64,000 nt of DNA, from assembly GCF_964355755.1 (NCBI RefSeq), contig NC_092673.1, forward strand, positions 7,068,001-7,132,000. Reading direction: 5' to 3'. Shown here piece after piece: positions 42,391 to 55,468 of the stretch. Each line of letters opens with the position of its first letter. Position 1 is the stretch's first letter. A model generated the notes under the pieces. It had not been told where the DNA came from. It searched no databases and saw only the letters and a program-made list of their open reading frames with translations. A program made the translations under genes and the position numbers. The DNA comes from Antedon mediterranea. Its lineage: Eukaryota > Animalia > Echinodermata.

Positions 42391-44542
42391 GTGGTTTATT
42401 TATACCGTCACTTGTCACACGAACCGGCGAATCATCAATTTGGCGCGACATTGTTTTTTTGTATATTTCGAAAGTATTTATTCTAAAGAACAATTTATGC
42501 AAATATCAACTGCGTATCTTATTTCATTAATAAATTATTTAAATTATAATTTGGCGAGTATATTAGGATATTTTAATCATTCGTCACACGAAACGTCGAA
42601 TATCGATTCGTCACTTCGTGTGAGTAAAACGCGCATCGCGCACACTGTTTACGCGAAAATTCAATTCGATCTGATTGGTTTATTGCATATCTGGAACATT
42701 CCATTATTTGATTGACAATTTTCAGTCCCGCGAAGTTAGATTGAGTATAGATAGATTATAGAATTTTGAACAGTATTTTACTCAGTAAAAACTGATTTAT
42801 TTGGTTAATGATAAATTATTAAGTAAGCTAAATAAATAAATACATTTCATGAAATTTAATGCAGCGTTTCGATGTTTGTTCTTTCGTACGTTCACTCGAG
42901 CACTAGGAAGAACGTTAAATTAAATTATGGCACTGACAACACACGAAACGGTACGGTAACTATTAGGCCTACATCAATGTTATAGTCCTAAAGCATTTTG
43001 AAATATTTAATTTTTTAGAGAATAAATAACGTGATTATTAAAATTGTACCCCTATTGTTAATGGATCATGCTACTAAGGATAATAACTTTCATTTCTGTA
43101 TACACATTTTTATTAAACAATTCATACATTTTGATGTTAGAGTATTTATATTTTTTGTTCTTGCTTTTTAAATTAGATAGTTACAGTATAATTATTATAA
43201 TCAGTGCGTCACTAAATATCTTTTGGGCATGGCTATACTAAATACTATCGTATACTATATAGGGTAGTTTTTACATTATCCTGTGATATGCCCTACAATA
43301 AGACCACATTGCTACGGTACCATAATTTAGATTAGCCTTTTAATACGGATACTGTATTAGAAAAGGCTGATAACACATTTAATGTTATTAATAAATGGTA
43401 AATTAGTAAATGGTCATAAAGAATAACAAAGATTCTATTTTTTTTATTACTGTTAGCACATTTTTTATTATTTGATCTGTTGCACGTTAATGCTCGAACT
43501 TTTTATGATATCATATTTTGCTCCGAAGTAGCGTATTGCCTAACCTTTCGTAGACTGGCGTACTACGGGCGTATCTAGATGTGTATGGGTTTGTTCTACG
43601 TTGTAAATAATCTATATATAAATTTACGTAAGGGCAAAATTCGGTAAATCGCGCGTTATTTCTAGAATGTTTACTCGATGGTATATAAAGTTGGTTAGAA
43701 TCTCGGTACTGATTTAAACCACCAGATGTAACCCTGTTTACTAATTAAATTGAGTTAGATAATTAGTTATTGACAATGAAAACGAATTTAGGTTGAACGA
43801 TTTGCCCCAAATAGGGGTGTTTTCCGACGGTAGTATACACTGTCTAATGGATGTCCTCTTATAAAATACCTGCACACAATAATACGAGGATGCTTCGCAT
43901 TTTCCTATCTCCTTCTACGATAATTGTTTTTAATAGCTGAAAACCGGTTGAACAGCTCGAGTACAGTATCATAATGTTGAAGACAGGCCGATTTTCTTAA
44001 AAAAATACTATTTTGATAGATTTAATATACGTTTATTCAAATGTATTGATTTGCGATGAATGGAACATTCCAATCTCTCAGACTCCCAGTTTGTAGGTAA
44101 ATGTATGAGCCCTCCATGGTTTAACACAGTAGGTAAATTTATGGGCCCTTTGAGAATAAACTTAAAACTGAGATATAGCATTGCAATACTTTGACAATAA
44201 TATTGTAAATACTGTACGTAATAACCATTTTTGGTCGCCATTTGAATCGAATTTTTTTTACTGTGAATGTGGTTACTGTTTATTGTATTAATTAGTAATT
44301 ATAAAAAATATAAACGTCGTAGTGGTGTATCGTTACATGTACTTTACTATTTCAATCGACTATAACAGGGACAGTTTTAGTTTTTTGGACTCATTTTAAG
44401 ACAAGTTTCTCCTTCGGAAGTAGGCCTAATTCCCAGTGTGCTAATTTTAGTTGACTACATAATCATCGTGTCTATTTATTCGTTTCTGAAAACGACAGTG
44501 TATTTATAGTCCTGCGGTACGTACATTTGAAACTACAGTGTA

Positions 44543-44605
44543 TTCGAGAACCATCTGTGGACACGACCTAGATGGTACGCGAGCAAAGCGAGCGTACCAT
44601 CTAGT
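44543..44605 (+). mobile_element. Helitron-like 3' terminus
   Basis: ctagatggtacgc-gagcaaagcga-gcgtaccatCTAG|t hairpin. Confidence 0.55.
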
Positions 44606-45030
44606 AATAATAATTATGGATAATAACACATGATTGTGAATTAGAATTTTACCACATAATACGCTGCCTTGTAGCCTATCACTAGGGAAGAGTTATGTAA
44701 TTTCACTCTTCCCTGGTATCACCACACGTCGCTGCCTTCTATCTACAGCAACAAAAGCGGGGGTGCACATACGTCTGGTTGTGTTCTTACTCAGCCTATA
44801 CTGTGGAAATTGGAATAATCAACATCATGGGGACACCTGAACATCAACAGGCTCTGACTACTAGTACTACTGTACTGCGTACGGCTATATAGCGCCACCT
44901 TTTATTTCAATAGCGCCACCAGGTATGACGGCCTTCCTATCTTCAATTTAGGCCGGCATAATTGTTCCTAAGAGCTCCATTCGGTTTATCACAGATTAGT
45001 TTTAAATTGACCGTATTAATATTTGATATC

Positions 45031-45203
45031 TGCACTGATGAAGTGCTAGTGTTGTCCGAAAGCTCTGCAATTTTTTTCAGGCTGTTTTACTATATTACTT
45101 TGATTTAGCTTGTTGCTTATTTTATTTTGTATCTCCATCCATTGAGATCCAGCCACTGATACCCACAGCATTGTCATTTTCAGTAATCTGCCTTTGGATT
45201 TAA
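45031..45203 (+). mobile_element. Penelope-like pLTR fragment beginning with a minimal hammerhead ribozyme motif
   Basis: TGCA-CTGATGA-AGTGC tagtgtt GTCC-GAAA-GCTC-TGCA at 45031-45069; the rest matches 56818-57218. Confidence 0.7.
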
Positions 45204-46609
45204 TAACTTACTTAATGTTTATAAATATATCAATGTTGTGGGGTAAATTAATCTGTGTATTTATTTATTTATTTATTTGGAATTACACCTTTAGATCGGT
45301 GGCACACTTAGCACAAATGTGCATCCTTCACAATATAAAATATAACAATTAACAGAAAATTAAAAAAAGGCAAAAGCAACTATCAACCCCTATCCTACCC
45401 CCCCCCCCCCCCCATTTACATCGATACATACAGTAGATCATTACTTTACACAAATAAATACAAAACAAGATATAGAAAAGTGTATTAAATAAAATCACCT
45501 GACTAAACACAGGTTATTACGAAAAACCCACCAACCCCTTCCTCCCTCCCCCTTTTTTTCAATTTACTTAATGTAGCAATGTAGATAACATAGTTATTGA
45601 GTCATGGAATTCAATACTTAATCCGAATTTACTACGATAGTATTTCAATTACACAGATATAATAATAGGTTAATGTATTGTAGCATTATCAAAAAGGGTT
45701 ACAAACTAAGAAATAAAAAGTGTTACTTTAATGTAACAATGTAAAACACCATATTTCATGTTTTGTATAGTTTATTTGTATTTTTCTTGTATATGGTTTT
45801 ATTTTAACTGTTTGTATTGTATGGAGAATGTGTTTGGGTTTTAGCCTATTCTCATTCCTTGTTATTTTTGCTTTGATGACCGAATAAATATTATTATTAT
45901 TAAAAGGCCTATTTCACCTACCAGGGCAATTTTATCATTATGAGATTAGGGAATGATCAATTTACCGGCACCGGGGAAACTATTATGCCTGCTTATTCTA
46001 AACAGCATAAAACAACAATGTTCAAAATCTACTAGATTAGAAATGACAAAAAGGTGTGACTTAAAAGACAAAAGAATCAACAGCTGAAAATAAATGTATG
46101 GTTTGGGTAATGGAAATGAACATAAATGAATCTCAACCTACCACGTCTAATTAAATCAACCTTGTGACGTAATAGTCAAAAAATGTTACGTAACAACAAA
46201 TCATAACGGCAAGAGATGGAAATGCCAGCGCAGTTAGTGGTCATATTTGTTAACTTAAAACACCTACTATTCGCTATCAATTACCACACTGATAATTGCT
46301 AAGCCTGCTCCACCCTTGTCACCAATAACGAAATACAAGGGTAATCCAATCGGATTGTCTGTCCATGGATAGCATCATGTTCTGTATATGTAGTTACATT
46401 ACGATATACCGAGAAACCCGGTACACTAATTGTGTAAAATAATATTTTGTTGCTTCATGGTTTGTCTAAAAATAAATTTTATTACTGTTAGGCCTATTAT
46501 TATGTATTAAAGGACATAGTTTGCAGTACATTTGTTGTTATAATTATTATAACTTAAGCTGTTTTATAACATATAAAATAAATTGTACGTAAATGAATCT
46601 CAACCTACC

Positions 46610-46690
46610 ACTACAAGCAGAAGGTCCGGGTTCGAGTCTCGGTTGGGGCGACTTTTTCTCATTCTCACCTATTTCCTCATCTTATCGTTT
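46610..46690 (+). mobile_element. tRNA-derived SINE fragment (3' half with B box)
   Basis: aaggtccgGGTTCGAGTCTCggttggggcga T-arm/B-box; no 5' half. Confidence 0.5.
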
Positions 46691-48117
46691 CAAATTATAT
46701 AAAATAAAATGTTTTACTTTTTTATACGATAACGTATACAAGACATTTTAGGTTTTTTTTTAATGGAATCACACTTTTACGTTTGCCGACTATTAACAGT
46801 TTTTAGTTCGTGGGCCTATCTCTTTTTTTGTATACTATTTTATGATGAAAATTGGTCTACCAATAACAAATAAATCACTGGGTTTTTGTTTATTAAATCG
46901 TTAAATAGTGCGGTCAGAAAAAAAAGTTTTTAGATATCAGTAACTTTACAGTGTGATATGCCCAAATATGGTGGTGGTATGCCCAAATATGCATAAAATA
47001 TGGTAGTGATATCACATCATATTTTTGTCACAAAGTTTGATAGTGTAGACTAATAGTAGTTCTACACCTCATTAATTAATTGAAATTGTGTATAACTCAC
47101 CACAGATCCCGATTTAAAAAACATTTAACAATGTTTTTTTTACTTTCTATTCCTCTTTTATAAAATTATGTATTAATAACACATTTTCTTTGTAATAATC
47201 TAATAACATAGGCCTACATATTTTTCCTATTAAAATTGTTTTTTGTTATTCTTTGTTTTACGTCTTACGTGAGTTCTTCTCATTGTTATGTCTTTATTGT
47301 TCAGAGATAACCACCCTAGTTTGTATGTCAAAATCACTGAATAAACAATACGCCTGCATTGTACCTCATTAACAATAATGGTTTACTTTCGCCTAATCGT
47401 CTTTATGCAGTTTCTTTCTTCTACGTTCTACAAAGTCGTGAACAAAGGTAGAGGGCACAAATGAAGGAATAAATAGACCTTTATTCAATGCGATCCACGT
47501 TGGATTAACTCTATACTTTAATTGAAACTTACTAATGCCACGTTCAAACCACTGGGAAAGTATTGTGCAAAGTAATGCATTCATGTTCAAACACATGATT
47601 ACGATCGCTTCTCGCTGTGTCTTATTTACATAAGATACATTACATTTCCCTAATTATAGGCCAACTAAACATAATTATTTCCTATTTCTGTACAATCGTA
47701 TACACTCCTCCTACCCTGATCTAGGGCATTTATTTTCAAATACAAAGGCCAGCGGCCCAAAGTAGGCCTACACTATAAAAACTAAGGCACAAAATTAGAT
47801 AAAAATGAATTAATTCTTTTGTCTTTGTAGGTAAAGCCGATAGTAGTGCCAATATCATACCAAATATAATTCAGAAGAAATGTCTCATTTAATAAGACAC
47901 TATAACCATGGACATTTGAATTATATGTATAGGTCCATGCCAAAACAAGCGAACGATTAATTTTATTTTATACTCTCCTCCGTCCAAATTAACACAAATG
48001 GCACAAGACACGATACAAGTTAACCGTCCGTAGCACATGCCAATTATTAAATCATGATAAGTCCTATGATTTTGTTGACTGTAAAACAAGTAAATTCAGA
48101 ATATTCTTAGCATCTCA

Positions 48118-49209
48118 GGCCCTGTTCAGACCCATGGCGTTAGACCGTTTTAGCGTACGACGCTAAAAGAATGTGTGTCTGAACAGTTGGGGATTAGCGT
48201 ACAACGCGTCGTACAACGGTTGTAGCGTTGTAGTGGAAAACGGTTGATAGTACCGTTTTAGCGTACGACGCTACTGTAAGTCAACGTTGTATCCAATCAG
48301 AACGTTTCCTGTTATGACGCGAAACAAGGTTTGACCTAGGCTGACATCTTGTATCGTCAATGTGTGAGATGGATTTCAATAACAAAAAGGCCAGAATAAA
48401 TAAGGCCTAACTACACTACAAATACAACTGTTACAAAGGCTACAAACTACTATCAACTGATTACCATTATATTTTCTAACAAATGACATAAATACATGCA
48501 CCTTGTATTTAAACATAGGGACTACGATCCCATCCGCTTTTAGGCCTAGCTAGGCCTAGAGTCATTCACGCATTTCATTCAAGCTAAAAACTAGCGTGGG
48601 ACATCAAGTCACTCATTCATATACAAGGCAGACTAGACTGGACAAGTTTAATGCTGAAAACCCCCTAACTCCTAAAAAAATCAGTAAACAAACAAGGGGA
48701 GCTGTGTCCCTTTTATTAGCAAGTTAAGGATTATTTTCAACCTACTGGAACAAAGAATATATATCTTTGACTGGACTGGATAGACTATCACAATCAATTT
48801 TTTCTTCATCATTAGGAGGCCTGCTTTATTTTCGTAACACAAGAACCTGGGGAAAATGTTTTTTAATACAAAATACAAAATAAAAACAATAGAAACAGAA
48901 ATTTGGCTTTACTATATTTTTCTTAAATAAATGCTGAGGTATGTTGTTTTATTTACGGCAAACTTTGTCATAATTGTAGGGCTGAGATCTAGGCCTAGGC
49001 CTATACACAGTGGAAATAATGATGAAAACACGTGGGTAAGAGCACATGAATATGCAACTAGAAACAACCTGAATGTCGTACTTCCGTTGTAACGATAATC
49101 GTACGCTATGGGTCTGAACACCTCGTTTTTTTCTCTGCGGTTTGTAACGTGACCTTGCTAGTAACGTTGTACGCTAAAACGGTCTAACGCCATGGGTCTG
49201 AACAGGGCC
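48118..49209. mobile_element. PIF/Harbinger-like non-autonomous element
   Basis: Perfect 41-bp TIR GGCCCTGTTCAGACCCATGGCGTTAGACCGTTTTAGCGTAC; flanks TCA/TTA. Confidence 0.85.
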
Positions 49210-49317
49210 TTAAATGGGAAAAAACATTAATTGAAAACAGTGTCCGAATTCTCATTCACATTTTATTCATAACCTTTGAAAGCAATTGGCCATAACAAGT
49301 CTTTGACAGCCGTACCT

Positions 49318-49487
49318 AAAGCCTTGTCTCTACACTATCAAACTTTATGTGACAAAAAAATGTATGTATATGTGTCCATATAGACATGATGATGTCATAT
49401 CACTACTTTATTTAAGCATCGAACTACTATTATTGGGCACATCAAACTGTTTTGACACATAAAGTTTGATAGTGTAGACAGGGCTTT
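49318..49487. mobile_element. MITE, same family as 18351-18503
   Basis: taaagcc..tctacactatcaaactttatgtg ... cacataaagtttgatagtgtagacagggcttta. Confidence 0.75.
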
Positions 49488-52400
49488 AGAATATGACTTT
49501 CTATCCAAAACTTTGAGTTAATTAAATCAAAATCATTACCATTTGTTATTTGGTCCCATCCTGTGTTATAAGTATACAGTTAATTGGCATTGCCGAAATT
49601 GATATTGTTTTTATTGACAGAGGATGTGATTCGTGGAAAAAACGATGGTGTTCCTGCTTGAATAAAACAAGCTTGAATTTGATCCAAGGACAGCCATATG
49701 GAGGGTTGTTATATCGCTTAGGAATTAGTTTAATTAGTATCATGTAGCAAAGAAAGTTAGTTGTATCATATAACATAATGGCAGTCAGAATTAAGCAAAC
49801 AGGTTATAAAAAGACTCAACTGTACTCCTTGTACACTATAAGGCTACGGTATTTCGTCTAGAAGAATTCATGCCTCAAAGTGTGTATTCGTATATAAATT
49901 GAAAAAAAAAATTATAAAAAGATCTTGAATAATATTTCTTATTATAATGTTCTTATGGAAGATCTAAGAAAACTCTAACAAAAATAGTGTTTTTTGGGTT
50001 TTTTTTAGGCCTACAATTAAAGAATTTTAAGAACTTAGACCATAATTAAATGAATTGGCGATCCAATTATACTATAATATGTATTGGGTCCTTAGACAGT
50101 GTGACAAATATTTAAAATGCATTAGGGAAAAAAAACACATGACACATTTCTTTTGTTCGATCATTTTGTTTTTCATTAAATTATACACTTTCATAAATTG
50201 ATTATTAAGTGATATGCTGTGTGAGAGATGGAGATTTGTTCATTTGGTTTATAAATAATACTCTGAATTCAAACAAATAACAACTGATTTTTAAATAATA
50301 TGGTTCTGTTAAAAAATTATACAACCTTAACTTTAAAAAAGGAGACTCTATACTACAGAAAAATTAGGTAAAATATCAATAAAGAACATGAAACCTTTTT
50401 TTTTAAATAAAATTTGAAACTTTGAATGGAAGTATATGCACTGCAATGCTTTGCGAACTATTGAAAAATAGTTGTAATTGTTCCATTAAAAATATTGTTT
50501 TTTAATGTAAAATGAATGCATTGTCTAAGCTTGTTTTATTAACAATGGCTTATGCTTTAAACTATACTAAAATCATTAAATCTCTAATTGACAAATTCAT
50601 GTATGCTCAATATAACAAATTTAGAAAAGCGCATTGTTTCTATAGAAACAATGCGCTTTTCTACATTTGTTATAAATGCTGTTGTTTTATGTTTAATTTA
50701 ATGTTTTGTTTAATGTTAAAAAGGTTTAAAGTATCTTCGATTAATTTTATTAATTTTTGTATGCCTTGTTGTGTATAAATACAGAATGTTTGCATGTAGG
50801 CCTATTATTTATTTTGATTCATGTTACGTTTTTAAGTTAACTAATATTTGTCACTGTTTTATAAGAGTGAAATTTCCAATAAATTATTATTATTGTTATT
50901 ATTTATTAGTAGTATTATAGTACAATGGTTGAACATAATAAGTGTTATTATACACTGGCCTAAGCAAGAGTGAAAACAGGGAAGAGCGAATTTCTTCCCT
51001 GCTTACATTAATACCATGGACCTATTGATGACATTGACTGCAATATCCCGCATTGGGGCTTTAGCATATTACCCTGTAAGGCTATATTAAAGTCTAAAAT
51101 ATTAAATATTCTTTCAAAAGTTAAAAAGAAAATTGAAGAATCTTGAATTTTATAGATTTATTAAACGATTATTAGGTATTAAAAAATAATAATAAATTAT
51201 TAATTGTCTGAAATCAGTGTTGTTGTATAAGCGTTTCAAACAATTTAATAATGTAATAAGACAGTTTAATTACGGATTATTTTAAGTTCTAGTTCACATG
51301 TTATATTGATCACAATAATGAAATTGTTATTAACGGTATTATACGTGTACTGTATTCAAAGCGACTTCCGACTCATTCGGATATAGGTTATAAGCTCATT
51401 TTCATTTCTAAACGCTTAAATTCATTACGTAACATTATGTAAGAAGGCCTGTAGATAAGCCTATGGATAGATTTGAGGAGAAGCCAGATGATGTTTAGGT
51501 AGGATTCAAGTCCGGGTTAACTACAAAATGATTGCGTGGAGCTGGGGACATTACCCTTACCAAGAGGGGACTCAATCTACATCGAAAGAATCGTCTTTAA
51601 CATGTAAGTATATGTATATCTGTATTGTACTGTAAATACAAAATACACGTGGTGTGTGACCCACGTTTTATGTATAGAAAATTTATTTTAAATTCAATAG
51701 CGATAACGAGGCAAGTTATAGGGTATTGTCTTCCCAATCCTTTGTTTTCGTCAGGCCTAGGCAATATTTTAACGAAAACACTCTCACAATTTACCAAGTC
51801 GTTTTAGTAACTAAATTGTAACCTGCCTGACTTCTAGAAAAAAATAAGTATTATTTTACGATATTGGTTTTTGTACGGTGAACATTTGCTATTTCATTTA
51901 CCATATAGTTTACCATATTCAAAATATCCCTTGTATATGGCCATTTATTGTTAGTTTCATCAGGGAGTTGTACATAACGGAGTATGGTCAAAGCGGCCGC
52001 CAACCAAAGCGGCCGCCAGTTTAATATTGTCATTTGTATGGAACGCCATGTGCGCTTTAATCTTTGAGTGTCGTTGTCAATGCTATGGCGAGTTGAGTTA
52101 CAGCTGTATGTATGGTCAAACCAATAAATATAAGCCAAATCATGTACTATCGAATCTTTATATTTCTATAATAATTAAGTTTATTATTCTGTTTTATTAT
52201 TCTTTCTCCTTTATTGCATCCAGTAAACAGTGATGAAGTTGACATAAATATTTAAAAAACTTTATCAAAAAAAAAAAAAAACATAGTATAACACAAACCA
52301 AACAAGTTACTAAAATATATCATAGTCCACAAATCAGTCTTTCAATGGCCATCATAGTACATCCAATAACACAAACCAAAAGTTTGCCTGCCGATAAATC

Positions 52401-52620
52401 AATGTATATTTTAATAGTATTTTAATATTAACTAACTAAATATATTTACATATACTATCGAATCATTAATAATTTACGTTTGCATCATAATCAATGTACT
52501 ATTGTACCTTTATATCTCATTTACGTACAGTACTATTTATTTGGTTATATCTCTTTCTTTTTTTAAATTCATTGGCAGTGAAGGGAAAAAATAACGTTGA
52601 ACTGACCAGACGTTTCTCTC

Positions 52621-53168
52621 CTATCGAATCTTTATACAGTATTGCATTAATAATTTACGTACGGTATTGCCGAATCTTTATATCTTATTTACATACTATC
52701 GAATCTTTATAAAGTATTGCATTAATAATTTACGTACGGTATTGCCGAATCTTTATATCTTATTTACATACTATCGAATCTTTATAAAGTATTGCATTAA
52801 TAATTTACGTACGGTATTGCCGAATCTTTAAATCTCATTTACATACTATCGAATCTTTATACAGTATTGCATTAATAATTTAAGTACGGTATTGCCGAAT
52901 CTTTATATCTTATTTACATATACTATCGAATCTTTATACAGTATTGCATTAATAATTTACGTACGGTATTGCCGAATCTTTATATCTCATTTACATATAA
53001 TATCGAATCTTTTTACTACAGTATTGCAATAATAATTTACGTACGGTATTGCCGAATCTTTATATCTCGTTTACTTTACTATCCAATATTTATACAGTAT
53101 TGCATTCATTATTTACGTACGGTATTGCTGAATCTTTATATCTCATTTACACTGTACTATCGAATCTT
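52621..53168 (+). repeat. 75-bp minisatellite, ~7 copies
   Basis: ctatcgaatctttatacagtattgcattaataatttacgtacggtattgccgaatctttatatcttatttacata starts at 52621, 52696, 52771 and onward. Confidence 0.92.
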
Positions 53169-54567
53169 GTTTTTTTTATTGATTAGTAATAGGGTGTGTT
53201 GTAATACATTGTTTGTGTTTTCAATAAAGCAAATAAAACGCGACCTTCTACAGCACTATTCCTCATGGCTGTCGAGTTATTAGCAGAAATTCACGTAATT
53301 AATTACCGTACCATACAGACACTTGCATCTTATTTTAGTATTTAAAACTAATTTTAAATTGATCAATATTTATATATCTGAAGGTGTAAAATAATTAAGG
53401 ATATTAAATAAATAAATTAATAATGTCATCATGTTATTGTAATTAATTTAAATTATGATTGCGAACACTACTAGGCTTAGTTACTTTACTAATTAATTAA
53501 TATACAATAACAAATATATATATTTTGATATACTTTATTGAAAAATGTATATATTATTCTTAATAATTGGCTTATATATTATATTAATATACAATACAAA
53601 CACCACAATGTGTTTTATTGACTTTATTAAACATATATATCATTTCGAACAGTTATATTCTAGTAAGTAATCATCGATTCGCCATTTCGTTTAAAAGAAC
53701 GTATCATATTCAATCTGTAAAAAAGAGAATAAATTACATAATAATGTAGATTGTTATTTATGTCCGAGGTAAAGAAAACCTGTCGAAACAATGACAATCA
53801 AAGATTACAAAACAACGACAATCAAAGCGCACACGGCGTTCCATACAAATTACCGTTATTGAATTAGCGGCCGCTTTGGTTGGCGGCCGCTTCGACCGGC
53901 GAGTTGAGTTACAGCTGTATGTATGGTCAAACCAATATTATAAGCCAAATCATGTACTATCGAATCTTTATATTTCTATAATAATTAAGTTTATTATTCT
54001 GTTTTATTATTCTTTCTCCTTTATTGCATCGTTAATAACAACTCTCTGGCTTCATTGCACTGTATATCTTTTTGATATTATGGAGGAAACAGCTATTTTT
54101 ATTGTTTATCAAATAGAAAATAAAGAATGTATACATTCCTGAAAAAAAATTTATCAGACTTTCAAAAATGATTGTTCTATTTCTGTATCAACAGTTTCAA
54201 CTTTCTATTAAGAATTATCTATATGTTTATTTATTATTTTCATAACAATACCAGACACAGGCCTACTGTATACAGGGAGATCTCCCTGATATCATAATAT
54301 TTTTCGACGAAATATTAACAATAATAGGCCTAGGCATAACCTGAGAAGAGTGAAATTAACAATGACACTCTTTCCAGCAGACATAACAATGTTCCGACAA
54401 GAACAAACATTTGAACCAGTTTAGCAATAAAGTATACAGTATACCAGTATAGTTTCAATCGAAACAAGTTTACAATATGTTAAGAAATGATTAGGACCAG
54501 GGTGAAAGCATAGTATTTAGTATCTCGATACATTTTAGGACAATGGTGATAAAAGCGAGGAGAAAAA

Positions 54568-55468
54568 GGGTATTGCTAAACACCGCAAACCCCGCAAACC
54601 TCCAAAAAAACATAGCAAACCCTACCGAACCAACATAAAAGTGATTGAATCATGTAGTGTACAACCCACTGGGTATATCCATGTAAAAAAAAAATTCTAC
54701 TGTTAACAACTTATTTTTGGGGTAAAACATCATTTTTTTGGTCAAAAATGATTGCTAAACCCCGCAAACCTCCAAAAAACCATAGCAAACCCCACTGAAC
54801 CAACATAAAAGTGATTGAATAATGTAGTGTACGACCCACTGGGCATATAAATTATTAAATTTCTACTTTTAACTACTTTTTGGGGAAAAAACATCATTTT
54901 TTGGTTAAAAATTAGCAATCATTTTTGACCAAAAAATTATGTTTTACCTCCCAAAAATAAGTAGTTAACAGTAGAAATTTAATATTTTTTTACATGGATA
55001 TACCCAGTGGGTTGTACACTACATGATTCAATCACTTTTATGTTGGTTCGGTGGGGTTTGCTATATTTTTTTGGAGGTTTGCGAGGTTTAGCAATCATTT
55101 TTGACCAAAAAATGATGTTTTACCACAAAAATTAGTAGTTAACAGTAGAAATTAAATATCTTTTTTACATGGATATACCCAGTGGGTTGTACACTACATG
55201 ATTCAATCACTTTTATGTTGGTTCGGTGGCGTTTGCTACGGTATATTTTTTTGGAGGTTTGCAGGGTTTAGCAATCAATTTTGACCAAAAAATGGTGTTT
55301 TACCCCAAAAATAATTTAATTAGTTAACAGTAAAAATGTAATATTTTTTTACATGGACATACCCAGTGGGTTGTACACTACATGATTCAATCACTTTTAT
55401 GTTGGTTCGATGGGGTTTGCTATGTTTTTTTGGAGGTTTGCGGGGGTTTGCGGTGTTTAGCAATACCC
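54568..55468. mobile_element. Foldback element with modular arms and 8-bp TSD
   Basis: GAGAAAAA|GGGTATTGCTAAACACCGCAAACCCC ... GGGGTTTGCGGTGTTTAGCAATACCC|GAGAAAAA; two forward and three reverse ~175-bp units. A degraded relative is at 57410-57800. Confidence 0.88.

Noticed and set aside
46610-46655. tRNA gene
   Set aside because: Only a T-arm/B-box-like half; no D arm or acceptor stem pairing.
47393-50778. Short ORFs (e.g. 47393-47596, 49550-49747, 50512-50778)
   Set aside because: No recognisable motifs or consistent exon chain; expected by chance in AT-rich DNA.
51463-51500. MDRFEEKPDDV as GCNF first exon
   Set aside because: In-frame TAG precedes the apparent donor, and no phase-1 donor is available.
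50977-54288. Palindromes cagggaagagcgaatttcttccctg (50977-51001) and cagggagatctccctg (54273-54288) as further P footprints
   Set aside because: Tips are similar but there is no matching 7-bp flanking duplication.
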